Source: Escherichia coli
GTDB taxonomy: Bacteria > Pseudomonadota > Gammaproteobacteria > Enterobacterales > Enterobacteriaceae
DNA length: 64,000 nucleotides
Assembly (NCBI RefSeq): GCF_002854065.1
Contig: NZ_CP024152.1
Direction: 5' to 3' (one strand)
Shown here: one piece after another, positions 38,854 through 48,053 of the stretch
Numbering within the stretch: position 1 is the stretch's first letter
How the letters are laid out: the number at the start of each line of letters is the position of its first letter
Notes under the pieces: generated by a model
Seen by the model: only the letters and a program-made list of their open reading frames with translations
Database searches by the model: none
Told to the model about the DNA's origin: nothing
Made by a program: the position numbers and the translations under genes

Positions 38854-39180
38854 CCGGAGGAGCGAAGCTCCTTCTGCCGTCCGGGTCTTAGGGTATTTCC
38901 CCGCAGTGGACCTTTCCGACGGGGGACGCTCACCACGTCACGGGGCAGTTGTCCGGGGGCAGACGCAAAAGTTTTTGACGCCAGCGGCAAAAAGTTTTGT
39001 GGCTGGTACATCTCTCCCCTGGACGACTGAAACGGGATGTGGTCGTGTATGTACCCCCGGAAAGTCCGTCTGCGGAGAACAGGCCGCAGTGCGGCGGCAG
39101 ACAGGCAAGAGACAGCTGCGCCATCAGGCGCAGTGGCCTTACACACCGTAAGGTGTGCAGGGAGCGCCGCATCCGGCGCG
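38854..39180. promoter_or_regulatory. Structured repeat family 1, copy 1 (ssi/Frpo-like single-strand promoter candidate)
   Basis: About 330 bp, highly similar to 41711-42207 and 48054-48551; contains internal palindromes (GCGCCATCAGGCGC, ACACACCGT-AGGTGTG). Confidence 0.55.
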
Positions 39181-39281
39181 TCTGAAGAAAAACGACGGCA
39201 CAACAATGGCATGTGGTGGTCACTGGCACACCACTCCCGCACAGGTGAAAACAGAGAAAACCGCACGACATTTACAAACAA

Positions 39282-39378
39282 AAAAAGTGAAATTTCTTCA
39301 CTTTTTTACACTTATTTATCGCGCTGATTTGGCAATTGTGATGATAAAATAAAGTGAAGTTTTTTCACTTTTTCAAAG
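39282..39378. promoter_or_regulatory. Two palindromic operator-like sites flanking the putative promoter of the HTH gene
   Basis: AAAAAGTGAA-ATTTC-TTCACTTTTT (39282-39307) and AAAGTGAA-GTTTTT-TCACTTT (about 39350-39375), sharing the half-site AGTGAA. Confidence 0.45.
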
Positions 39379-39385
39379 GTGTTTT

Positions 39386-39637
39386 ATGACCGGCTGGGAA
39401 CTGCGAATCTGGCGAAAAAGCATGCTATGGTCACGCGAAAAAGCGGCCAGAGAATTTGGCGTGACGCAGAGAACATGGCACGCCTGGGAAAATGCGGAAC
39501 AGGTGGACGTCACCGTCTGGAGGACCACTCAGGCACTTTCAGTCCGTGACCTGCTGCCTCACATGCAGGGGATGCGCAAGGCAGATATCATCAGGCGTCT
39601 GGAAAATGAACTGGGGGAAACGGCAGGGAATGTGTGA
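39386..39637 (+). CDS. Helix-turn-helix (XRE-like) DNA-binding protein (83 aa)
   Basis: HTH signature SREKAAREFGVTQRTWHAWE; AGGTG RBS; palindromic sites upstream. Confidence 0.55.
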   Translation: MTGWELRIWRKSMLWSREKAAREFGVTQRTWHAWENAEQVDVTVWRTTQALSVRDLLPHMQGMRKADIIRRLENELGETAGNV

Positions 39638-39667
39638 GCGTGATTCACAGCCTGGCAGAATGTCAGG

Positions 39668-39838
39668 CTACTGCTCATCAGGAAACAGCTTTTTCAGTTC
39701 TTCACCGGAAAGTCCGGTCGCCTCCTGAATCCGTTCCGGCGTCCAGCCCATATCCCGCAGCCGGCAGGCTATTTCCCGCGCCACTTCAAGAGCACCTTTT
39801 TCAAAACCTTTCTGTATAAGACGTTCTGCAATCGTCAT
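39668..39838 (-). CDS. Standalone small protein homologous to the Rpn C-terminal tail (56 aa; RpnS-like)
   Basis: MTIAERLIQKGFEKGALEVAREIACRLRDMGWTPERIQEATGLSGEELKKLF aligns residue by residue with the last 57 aa of the upstream Rpn protein; separated from rpn by an intrinsic terminator. Confidence 0.5.
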   Translation of the reverse strand: MTIAERLIQKGFEKGALEVAREIACRLRDMGWTPERIQEATGLSGEELKKLFPDEQ

Positions 39839-39862
39839 GCTGTTTGCTCTGCTCCTGCTGAC

Positions 39863-39887
39863 AAAAAAGCCCGGCATTTTGCCGGGC
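39863..39887 (-). terminator. Rho-independent terminator after the rpn-like gene
   Basis: On the minus strand, GCCCGGC-AAAAT-GCCGGGC hairpin followed by T6. Confidence 0.55.
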
Positions 39888-39900
39888 TGTGAGGTTCTCA

Positions 39901-40860
39901 TCAGTGAATGATTTTCTTCAGTTCGTCATCGGAAAGTCCGGTAGCCTGCTTAATCTGCTCCGGCGTCATCCCCATTTTCTGAAGCTGGCACGCAATAGCC
40001 AGGGCTTTTTCAAGCGCACCTTCCATCCTGCCCTCCTGGCGACCTTTTTGCTCAAGACGTTCTGCGATAGTCATCAGTTTATCCTCATGCTGCGGCAGAC
40101 GCTCAGCCAGCGCCCGCATAAATTCCGGTGATACAGAGTCCCCTGCGTTAACGATGTAATGAATCAGAACACGCACCTGCTCGTCTGAAATTTCCACCAT
40201 GACCTGCGGGAGTTTGTCCAGCAGCTCCATCATGTCACGATGGCGGATATGCTTCATCAGCAGCGTCAGTGCGGCCATCCGGCGATGGTTCATGATTTCA
40301 TTGTCATCAACGACAGTGATATCAACCAGCGGAAACGGCTTTGTGTATATTTTAGCCGCAAGTGCCGGATTCTCAAAACAGTCCAGCCAGTTCATGCTGT
40401 ACGGGTACGGGCTGCGCTCACCATGATAGAACAGCACAGGAATCACCAGTGGCAACGTTTTGTGCTGCTCCAGATGTCTCTGCATCGCCGCCACACTGTA
40501 ACGTAACATGCGGAAAGGCATGTACAGATTTTCGGTGCTCTGGTGCTCGATGAGCGTATAAACATAGCCGTCTTCACCCCCGGTGGTTTTCACACTCCAG
40601 AGGATATCGCTGGCGTACTGATGCAGGTCCGGCTCAACAAAGGTGGCGGGTTCCAGCTTCAGCGTGGACAGGTCGCACAACTGCCGGTACTCCGCCGGAA
40701 GATGCAGTTCCAGAAAATCTCTGGCGACGTCGGGATTCGCCAGGAACGACCGGAACGCGGCATCATGCGGCGTGGGCGTCGTGGTGGTTTTCTTCTTACT
40801 CACGGTTCCTCCTGGTGAGATGTCTGAACGTATCCTGCCGCCTGCACAGGCAGACGGCAA
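39901..40860 (-). CDS. Rpn-family (YhgA-like, PD-(D/E)xK) recombination-promoting nuclease (319 aa)
   Basis: Rpn/YhgA-type N-terminal nuclease-domain signature and the characteristic C-terminal tail; internal in-frame ATG at 40074 with a GAGGA SD could produce the C-terminal small protein. Confidence 0.6.
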   Translation of the reverse strand: MPSACAGGRIRSDISPGGTVSKKKTTTTPTPHDAAFRSFLANPDVARDFLELHLPAEYRQLCDLSTLKLEPATFVEPDLHQYASDILWSVKTTGGEDGYVYTLIEHQSTENLYMPFRMLRYSVAAMQRHLEQHKTLPLVIPVLFYHGERSPYPYSMNWLDCFENPALAAKIYTKPFPLVDITVVDDNEIMNHRRMAALTLLMKHIRHRDMMELLDKLPQVMVEISDEQVRVLIHYIVNAGDSVSPEFMRALAERLPQHEDKLMTIAERLEQKGRQEGRMEGALEKALAIACQLQKMGMTPEQIKQATGLSDDELKKIIH

Positions 40861-40867
40861 GGGTTAA

Positions 40868-41134
40868 TCAGTGGCAGACCCGCTCAATTTCAAGCGCGCG
40901 GAGCAGGTGGCCCCATTCGCTGACTTTCATAGCGGGGATACGCACCCGCTTCTGCTCACTGCAGCGTCTGGCGATATGGCCGCTCATCGCCAGGACGTCC
41001 GGGTTAATCTCATCCTGTGCCAGCTCCTGACGTCTGAAGCGGGTATGGCGGTGCAGGGGTTTATTCTCCCGCAGGCACTCTTCACGCAGACGCTTTACAT
41101 ACTCGGCGGTTGCGAAGATAATTGATGGTCTCAC
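40868..41134 (-). CDS. Hypothetical leading-region protein (88 aa)
   Basis: ORF downstream of structured repeat copy 2. Confidence 0.4.
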   Translation of the reverse strand: MRPSIIFATAEYVKRLREECLRENKPLHRHTRFRRQELAQDEINPDVLAMSGHIARRCSEQKRVRIPAMKVSEWGHLLRALEIERVCH

Positions 41135-41225
41135 AAATATTTCTCCTTATGTTGTTGATGACTGCCGCTCTTCCTGGCGGGGAAGTAACGGCGGAGAGAG
41201 GCAGGGTTTATCGCCCTGCCTTTTT

Positions 41226-41660
41226 TCATTTCGGACAGCGACGCAGTGCCAGCGCGAGCGCTTTCATCTTCCAGCCTTCCGGCGTGCGGTACATCACCTT
41301 CCAGTAGCCGTCGATGAACACATAATGGAAGCGCACCTCTTCAGTGCTTTCAGTGGCAATAGCCTCCATGAAAGAACGGTACTCACGCGCCTCACTGTCC
41401 ATCCGGAAACCACTGTCACGTCCGTAATAAGCCGTCACACCGTCCACCGGGTTCTGAAGCGTATGCCCGGCGGGTTTGTCGCAACGGGGACCGAGGCAAC
41501 GGATATCACCGTGTTCAACCAGGGCTTCGGCCTGCTGACCGGTGGCATAGTGGGTATGCAGGATGCGACCGTTCCAGGTCGGCTCACCGTGCAGGTGGCA
41601 GTAAACGGTACGGAACACCCCGTCGCGGCAAAAAACGGAAATCGTGCTGCTGACTGTCAT
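41226..41660 (-). CDS. Hypothetical leading-region protein (144 aa)
   Basis: First ORF downstream of structured repeat copy 2; Cys/His-containing N-terminus. Confidence 0.45.
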   Translation of the reverse strand: MTVSSTISVFCRDGVFRTVYCHLHGEPTWNGRILHTHYATGQQAEALVEHGDIRCLGPRCDKPAGHTLQNPVDGVTAYYGRDSGFRMDSEAREYRSFMEAIATESTEEVRFHYVFIDGYWKVMYRTPEGWKMKALALALRRCPK

Positions 41661-41710
41661 GAAAACGTCTCCTTCTGCTGAATCAGGTCGCCGGGCCGAC
41701 CGGTTGCTCC

Positions 41711-42207
41711 CCGGAGGGGCGAAAGCCCCTTCTGCCGTCCACTTCTTCGGGGTTTCTCCCCGCAGTGGACCTTTCCGATGGGGCGTCCGTCACCACGTCA
41801 CGGGGCAGCTGTCCGGGGGCGGACGCAAAATTTTTTGCCGGGTTTATGGCTAAAAATTTTGTGGACGGTATATCTTCCCCTGGACTGCTGAAACGGGATG
41901 TGGTTACTCCAGCCCCCGGAAAGTCCACAGCGGGAAACAGGCCGCAGGGGTGGCGGCGGAAGGGTTGACTGCGCCATCAGGCGCAGTGGCCTTACACACC
42001 GTCAGGTGTGCAGGGAGCGCCGTTTCCGGCGCGACAGGGGCGGCGCGACCGGAACGGTCGCTGCAAGCCTGGTTTTTCAGACATCGGACCGTAGCGGCAG
42101 CCCGAAACCGCGCCAGCGGGTTCGGCGGAGACTGGCGGGTGCGCCAGCAGCTGCCTGTCGGAGTCGGGCCTGACGACCGGATGCCGCCAGGCAGCCGGGA
42201 GCCGAAG
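41711..42207. promoter_or_regulatory. Structured repeat family 1, copy 2 (ssi/Frpo-like)
   Basis: About 500 bp, near-identical over most of its length to 48054-48551 and over about 330 bp to 38854-39180. Confidence 0.6.
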
Positions 42208-42388
42208 GTGTCCCCGCCTCCGGAAATCAGAACAACAGAAACGACATAACAGAAAAATGCCTCACACCATGACGGGCAGGAAGGGCAGCGCCGCAGGCGC
42301 GGCCCTCCTGCATTTCAGGCAGGCGTAAGCCTGCCAGGGTTTTCCGGCGGCCTGGCAGGCCATACCCCCGCCGGAGCGGGGGAGTAAA

Positions 42389-42889
42389 TCACCGACGGAA
42401 CACATGACCGTCAATAAAGGTGAAGGAGTCCAGGAATAAATCCCGCGCATACGCCTCATAGTCAAAATAGAGCGCCACCGTCTCCGGCACGTCAGCCAGC
42501 AGGCCGGTATCACTGGCGAACTCAACCGCAAAAGCCTCCTCACTGTCAGCCTCGCCCCACCAGGCATCGCGGAAGGTGTCAAAATCCGTCTCACCGGTAT
42601 CCTCCACCCAGAGACGATAAGCCTCTTCGCAGCCTTCATCCCGTGCCTGGCGGAAGCCTTCAACCCAGGCCCAGTTGATATGGCATTCAGAGGCCATATT
42701 CCCCGGGAATCCCTCATAATCCTGAAACATCAGTTCAGGATCGGCTTCATCCTGGTGAAGAGCACGGCAGGCGGCGAAAAAGTCGCGCTCATCATCAAAC
42801 GTGGTCAGGTCAAACCAGCGTCCGGCGATGCTTCCACAGTTGTATTTGTGCCAGGTTCCAACGTATACAGCAGGTGCAACAACAGACAT
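42389..42889 (-). CDS. ardA: Antirestriction protein ArdA (166 aa)
   Basis: Starts [27 protein letters not shown] and has the acidic DNA-mimic composition; GGAGGA RBS. The ORF-track 301-aa reading is an upstream extension through the repeat. Confidence 0.85.
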   Translation of the reverse strand: MSVVAPAVYVGTWHKYNCGSIAGRWFDLTTFDDERDFFAACRALHQDEADPELMFQDYEGFPGNMASECHINWAWVEGFRQARDEGCEEAYRLWVEDTGETDFDTFRDAWWGEADSEEAFAVEFASDTGLLADVPETVALYFDYEAYARDLFLDSFTFIDGHVFRR

Positions 42890-42921
42890 TCCCGAATCCT
42901 CCATAGTCACATGTTCTGCGG

Positions 42922-43248
42922 CACCGGGCGGTGCCGTGCCTCCATAAAAGCCGGGCGATAAGGCGGGGATGCATAGGGCGCAAGGGAAGCCGCAGCCTGA
43001 CGCACACGGCTGGCGGGAGTTGGAGGGTGAGACCGCGAAATCTGAGCGGGTGAACGACCGGAAAATCACGGCAGACGGGAAGGAGGGACCGGGTGACCGC
43101 AGCGGCGAAGCGTACCCTTGCATCCCTGCCAGCCCGGCTAAGATGGAGGCACGGCACAGCCCGCACACGACGCTGAGGCCACAGAGCTGAAAACCCACAA
43201 GGCCATGCCCCGCATGGCCGGGTAAAAGCGGAGCCGCCGGCGACTTCC
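42922..43248. promoter_or_regulatory. Structured repeat family 2, copy A (ssDNA promoter candidate upstream of ardA)
   Basis: Perfect 15-bp inverted repeat GTGCCGTGCCTCCAT (42931-42945) / ATGGAGGCACGGCAC (43143-43157) about 200 bp apart, plus further paired arms; second copy at 49870-50192. Confidence 0.55.
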
Positions 43249-43351
43249 TTATTCCGGCGAGTGCAGAGGACACGCCGCATGACCTCCAGACCACCCCTGA
43301 TATGAAACGATCATGATCGGCGTGTCCCTGCGTAAAATATACATGTCTGGT

Positions 43352-43948
43352 TCACCGGAGAATATCTGTGATATCCACAAGTTTTCTGTCGCACAGCCAG
43401 TCCTGCGCTTCACGCACCACGCTACTGTCGGGTTTCACCGCTTTCAGCGATGATGCCAGTCGCTTGATCAACATAACCAGTTCCCGTGTCTGTATGTCCG
43501 GCATTGTCTCCGGCGGAGCAGAGGGACTCTCATTTCCGACGCCCATCCCATGCGCTTCCAGTGTGGCACGGACAAACCAGGCGGCATCGACCAGTTGCTG
43601 GCGAATCCAGGTCAGATCGGCATTTCTGTCACGGGCTGCCATTCGCTCACCCGACAGCGCCTTGCTGATATGGCTGCGCACCAGATTATCCAGGAGTTCC
43701 TGCGCTTCTTCCGGTGAAAAGCCACCTGGTATCTCTGTGCGCAACAGTCCTTTCCTGTACAGTAGCTGCAGCAGATCAATCTGCGACCGCACTGCAACTA
43801 TCAGTACATAACGGACAATATTCGCACTGGCGGTGGTTTCTGTATCATTCAGCAGTTCCTCCGGATCATTACCACCGGTATTGCAGAGCAACGGCAACAG
43901 AGGTCGCATCCACACGGGAACCTGATATTGTTCGTCTGATTTCATCAT
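43352..43948 (-). CDS. Hypothetical protein (198 aa), coupled to psiA
   Basis: ATGA overlap with the psiA stop at 43945-43948. Confidence 0.45.
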   Translation of the reverse strand: MMKSDEQYQVPVWMRPLLPLLCNTGGNDPEELLNDTETTASANIVRYVLIVAVRSQIDLLQLLYRKGLLRTEIPGGFSPEEAQELLDNLVRSHISKALSGERMAARDRNADLTWIRQQLVDAAWFVRATLEAHGMGVGNESPSAPPETMPDIQTRELVMLIKRLASSLKAVKPDSSVVREAQDWLCDRKLVDITDILR

Positions 43949-44664
43949 ATTGCGTTCTCCAGCTTGTTCGGGATCATCCACTGCTCAAGTGCACGTACCT
44001 GTACCGGTGCACCACGACCGGCCTCACCGGCTTCAAAAATCAGCCGCCAGAGTGGTTCCTCCTGCCAGAAAAACCGGTCAAATGATGACAGTGATGGAAA
44101 ACGCCCGCACCACCCCCAGAAAATCGTTTCCAGATCATGCTCCTCAACAACACCAGACCAGCGGGACAACCAGCTTCCGACCGTGGCGGGAGTATGAAAC
44201 GCAAGGTCAATCTGCGCCTGAGCAAAACATGTCTGGTATTCCAGTTCCCGTCGTTCTGCCTCACGTTCCCGCTGGCGGCTGTATTTCTGCTCTGTCAGCG
44301 TGGTTTTCTGACGACGACGCTCACCTTCACGAAAAGGCACGGACGGGAACAGACGGTGCCCCGCATCGGATGGCAGGGGAAGAACACAGACTTCCCCAAA
44401 ACTTTCAATCAGTTTATCCACGGCAGCCAGCCACAGGAGACGGTTGCCATGAAATTCCTCCTTCGTCAGCGCAGGGGCAAAAAAGCGGAGATCGGTCAGC
44501 GAAATCCGGCGACTGCCATTCAGGCAGCGAAAGAAAGCGGTGGCATAAGGCCATGCTGGAAGTGTGCGTCCCTGACGACGACGTTGTTCTGTGACAGCCA
44601 CCGCCTGCATGGCGGCCTGTTGTTCTGCGCTGAGGGGGATCAGTGCCCGTGAACGTGCGCTCAT
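43945..44664 (-). CDS. psiA: PsiA (239 aa)
   Basis: 239-aa ORF immediately downstream of psiB, overlapping its stop; recognised PsiA sequence. Confidence 0.8.
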   Translation of the reverse strand: MSARSRALIPLSAEQQAAMQAVAVTEQRRRQGRTLPAWPYATAFFRCLNGSRRISLTDLRFFAPALTKEEFHGNRLLWLAAVDKLIESFGEVCVLPLPSDAGHRLFPSVPFREGERRRQKTTLTEQKYSRQREREAERRELEYQTCFAQAQIDLAFHTPATVGSWLSRWSGVVEEHDLETIFWGWCGRFPSLSSFDRFFWQEEPLWRLIFEAGEAGRGAPVQVRALEQWMIPNKLENAI

Positions 44665-45098
44665 GCCTGACCTCCTTCTGCCATCAGGATATGGATGATG
44701 TCGTTAACACTGTATCCCTGCGCATCAAGTGTCGCGGCAAGCGCCAGCGTGTGACTGATCGCGACAGGCGTGAAGATATGTTGCACCTGAACGACGGCGA
44801 AAGGCTGTCCACCACCATTCACCAGAACCAGCATCCAGAGCTGAGAGACGTCTCCCGGCGAACATAATGCCAGGTGGAAACGTTCGTGGGCTGGCGTGAA
44901 ACGAACCTGGACGGGGAAAAAGCCCCCGAACTCGCTGCCATACTCTCCGTTCATCATCCAGTTAGCCGGTGCGTCCACTTCACGCATCACCTCGTGAGTG
45001 AGATTACGGCGCATATCGCTTCCCGCAGCACGGATTTCTTCATATTCCTGGGCATTCATGGACTGCAGGGCATTCAGTGTCAGTTCGGTATTCATCAT
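44661..45098 (-). CDS. psiB: PsiB, plasmid SOS inhibition protein (145 aa)
   Basis: Sequence [25 protein letters not shown]...[12 protein letters not shown] is recognisable as PsiB. Confidence 0.85.
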   Translation of the reverse strand: MMNTELTLNALQSMNAQEYEEIRAAGSDMRRNLTHEVMREVDAPANWMMNGEYGSEFGGFFPVQVRFTPAHERFHLALCSPGDVSQLWMLVLVNGGGQPFAVVQVQHIFTPVAISHTLALAATLDAQGYSVNDIIHILMAEGGQA

Positions 45099-45149
45099 CG
45101 TATTTCTCCCTCTGCCGCCCCGTCTCCGGCGGGGCGGTGTGGTTGTTCA

Positions 45150-47114
45150 TCAGGCGGCATCAGCCAGGTTATCGGCGCGTTCAGTGGCATCCGTCTGTGG
45201 ACGTGGTGAACACATCCAGCCAGGCACCCAGCGGTTGTCTTTCATATGGAACTCTGCATGTTCAGCGGCATCGCCTTTCTTCATCTTCTCTGCGTCCCGT
45301 GCGGCACCGGACAGTCCGGCATCATTCAGGGCTGCGATAATCTGCGGCTTTTTCAGGTGTCCGAAGAAGTTTGCTTTCGTCGGCTGCCACCAGTCGCGCA
45401 TGTGAAAACCGATGGCGCTCTCCAGTGAGTCAAGCGGACTGCGTGACGTGCGACCACACTCGCGGGTCTGGACACCGTTAAGGCTGCATGCGGTGCAGAA
45501 ACTGAGCAGGGATAACAGCACCTCCTGACTGAGTGACAGGAACGTCGTCATGTCCCGTGACCATCCCTCCGGTAACAGGGCCGCAAGACGGGCTTTTTCT
45601 GCCATCAGCGCCAGGAATGCGGCACCTTCCTTCCCTGACGGCGCATCGCTGGTCAGCGAATAATGTTTACATTCCAGGCTGATTTGTGCTGGTTTACTGT
45701 ACGCTCCGCTGTCAAACACATTCAGGCAGAGCGTCCATGCCAACAGTGCCAGAGATTTGTCCGGTTGCTGCATCAGTGCTGCCTGGACTGCCAGCGTGCG
45801 TTCGGAAGACATTTTCGTCAGCAGTGGCAGACTGATTTCCTCCACTGACGCTTTTTCCTGCACCTGTTCCGTGCGGTCAGCGTCGTCAGCCGCATCATCC
45901 TCACTGCGTAACTGCACACCACGCTGGACACATACGTTTCCATAACGCCAGGACACCACCACTCCACCTTCGGCACGCATCTCCGGCGTCCACGCTCTGA
46001 CCTTCGCCATGCAGCGCATCAGCTTCATTTCTGCTTCCAGCAGGTCAGATTCCTCACACTGGTTTTCCAGCGCGTCGTAACGTGCCATCAGTTCGTTCAG
46101 ACGTTCTTCTTCCGCCTCGGTCAGCACCGCTTCCGGCTCCGGCAGACAGCGGTATGTTCCGGCATCCTCACGGCACTCACCGACAGGCTCCATGCGTCCG
46201 GCGCACCATTCCCAGCCTTCGGCTTCCCGAAGGAACTCTGCGACAGCCTGGAGTTTTTCCAGCAGGGCGGCATCGAGCGCCACGCAGTCCACATAGCCAC
46301 CCTCGTCGTCGCTGAACAAATCGGTGCGCAGTTCGTCTGGCGAGAAGGCATCAGCCCCCACGAAGCGGAATTTACTGTTCCCCGCCACCGCCACTTCACT
46401 TTCCGTAATCAGATTGCGGATAACCCGCACATCCGGTTTACCGCCCCATCCCGACTGACAGGCAGCTTCAAACACCTGCACCTGACGCGCGGTGTCGTTC
46501 TCCAGCGCCAGCGCCTGACAGTGTTCGGTGGTGATGCGGTCTTCTGCCAGCGCATCGAGGATGACAGGCGCAAGGTCAGCCAGTTTCAGCATTCGCTGAA
46601 CGTGGCGGGGTGAATAGCCCAGCAAATCACCGATTTGTGCAGGTGTTTTGCCTTCCTGCGCCATTGCGCGGAATCCGGCAATCTGTTCAGCAGGGTGCAT
46701 ATCCCGACGATGACCGTTTTCAGTCATTGATGCCGCCGTCGCCAGCTCCTGCGGAATGACCTTCACACGGACAGGCCAGTCAGCCGGAATGATGCCACGC
46801 TCTGCCAGCATGTTGAGTGCAGCCAGTCGGCGACCACCTGCGGCGACACCGTAACGGTCACCAGGCAGGGTATGCACGACCAGATTCTGCAACAGGCCAA
46901 CGCCCTTAATGGACTCCGCCAGTTCGCTGACGGACTCCGCAGAATACGGCACCGTGCGCACATTCAGCGGTGATTTAATCAGCGAGGCCAGCGGCACGCT
47001 CACTTCCTCCGTCTGCGCCAGCAGGGCAGACAGGACAGTTTCCTGCGTTTTTGCAGATTTACGGCTTGCTTTGCGGGTGGTTTCTGGTTCACACTTCGTT
47101 ACAGGCATAATCAT
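45150..47114 (-). CDS. ParB-like nuclease-domain protein (654 aa)
   Basis: N-terminal ParB/Srx-type motifs (GLLQNLVVH, AGGRRLAAL); no adjacent ParA partner. Confidence 0.65.
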   Translation of the reverse strand: MIMPVTKCEPETTRKASRKSAKTQETVLSALLAQTEEVSVPLASLIKSPLNVRTVPYSAESVSELAESIKGVGLLQNLVVHTLPGDRYGVAAGGRRLAALNMLAERGIIPADWPVRVKVIPQELATAASMTENGHRRDMHPAEQIAGFRAMAQEGKTPAQIGDLLGYSPRHVQRMLKLADLAPVILDALAEDRITTEHCQALALENDTARQVQVFEAACQSGWGGKPDVRVIRNLITESEVAVAGNSKFRFVGADAFSPDELRTDLFSDDEGGYVDCVALDAALLEKLQAVAEFLREAEGWEWCAGRMEPVGECREDAGTYRCLPEPEAVLTEAEEERLNELMARYDALENQCEESDLLEAEMKLMRCMAKVRAWTPEMRAEGGVVVSWRYGNVCVQRGVQLRSEDDAADDADRTEQVQEKASVEEISLPLLTKMSSERTLAVQAALMQQPDKSLALLAWTLCLNVFDSGAYSKPAQISLECKHYSLTSDAPSGKEGAAFLALMAEKARLAALLPEGWSRDMTTFLSLSQEVLLSLLSFCTACSLNGVQTRECGRTSRSPLDSLESAIGFHMRDWWQPTKANFFGHLKKPQIIAALNDAGLSGAARDAEKMKKGDAAEHAEFHMKDNRWVPGWMCSPRPQTDATERADNLADAA

Positions 47115-47166
47115 CCCCTTATAATTGCTTATGTCCTGCCGGACGTTCGCGCGTCCGGCACCTCTC

Positions 47167-47400
47167 TTACTTAAGAATCCCGAAATCCCTGATGTACTGG
47201 TTCATCCAGTACCCGGCACAGTCCTCAAAATTCCAGGAGCGCCAGATCAACGTGCCATCCTGACGGACAACCAGGCGAAAATGCGTTCCCTGATCATCCT
47301 CGATAAAGACGTTCTGGTACTGTGCGGCAACGGCTTCCGCCTGTTCGCGGGTAAAGGAGCCGTCCGGCAGTCCCTGAAGTATTCTGAAATATTCGCTCAT
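47167..47400 (-). CDS. Hypothetical small protein (77 aa)
   Basis: ATG at 47400 with GGAG RBS; lies between ssb and the parB-like gene. Confidence 0.4.
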   Translation of the reverse strand: MSEYFRILQGLPDGSFTREQAEAVAAQYQNVFIEDDQGTHFRLVVRQDGTLIWRSWNFEDCAGYWMNQYIRDFGILK

Positions 47401-47457
47401 CCTCATATCTCCGGTGATGCCCCGCACAGGGCGGGGCGGTTGTCACAGTCAGCCCGA

Positions 47458-47985
47458 TCAGAACGGGATGTCGTCTGAAAACCCGTAATCCTCCCCCTCC
47501 GGCGGTTGCGGCTGAGGCTCTGGCTGCGCGGCCTTACGTCCACGGCCTTTCGTTTTCGCGCCACCTTTTTTCGTCGCGTCAGCACTCTGTGGCTGCCCAT
47601 TCTGCTGAGGCTTCGGTTGCGCCTGAGCGTTCTGCTGTGGTGCACGTCCCAGCATCTGCACGGTGCCCGTGGTCTTAACAAGAATTTCAGTGACGTAACG
47701 GGTGATACCGTTATCTTCCCAGCTACGGGTGCGAAGCTGACCTTCGATGTAGACCTGCGCACCCTTGCGCAGATATTCACCTGCCACTTCCGCGAGCTTG
47801 CCGAACAGCACCACGCGGTGCCATTCCGTCTGCTCCCGCATCTCCCCCGTCTGTTTGTCACGCCAGCTTTCTGATGTGGCCACCTGCAGGTTTGCCACTG
47901 CGCCCCCGTTGGGGATGTAACGGACTTCCGGATCATTGCCCAGACGCCCGACGAGGATGACCTTGTTGATACCACGTGCACTCAT
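47458..47985 (-). CDS. ssb: Plasmid single-stranded DNA-binding protein (175 aa)
   Basis: OB-fold N-terminus ([15 protein letters not shown]), Gly/Pro/Gln-rich linker and acidic C-terminal tail DDIPF. Confidence 0.9.
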   Translation of the reverse strand: MSARGINKVILVGRLGNDPEVRYIPNGGAVANLQVATSESWRDKQTGEMREQTEWHRVVLFGKLAEVAGEYLRKGAQVYIEGQLRTRSWEDNGITRYVTEILVKTTGTVQMLGRAPQQNAQAQPKPQQNGQPQSADATKKGGAKTKGRGRKAAQPEPQPQPPEGEDYGFSDDIPF

Positions 47986-48053
47986 AAGAACCTCCTGACT
48001 GAAAGATGTGAGATAAACCGGATACCGGCGACGGGACGTTCATGTGCCCCTTC

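Noticed and set aside
39901-40860. Rpn-family gene as an IS-element transposase (often annotated transposase_31)
   Set aside because: No terminal inverted repeats or target-site duplications flank it; the Rpn nuclease/TA interpretation fits better.
42890-43294. N-terminal 135-codon extension of the ardA ORF
   Set aside because: It runs through the structured repeat and has biased Cys/Gly/Pro composition; ArdA begins at MSVVAP (42889).
45150-47114. ParB-like gene as part of a complete partition system
   Set aside because: No ParA partner is adjacent and it sits among ssb/psi leading-region genes; treated as a ParB-nuclease-domain leading-region protein.
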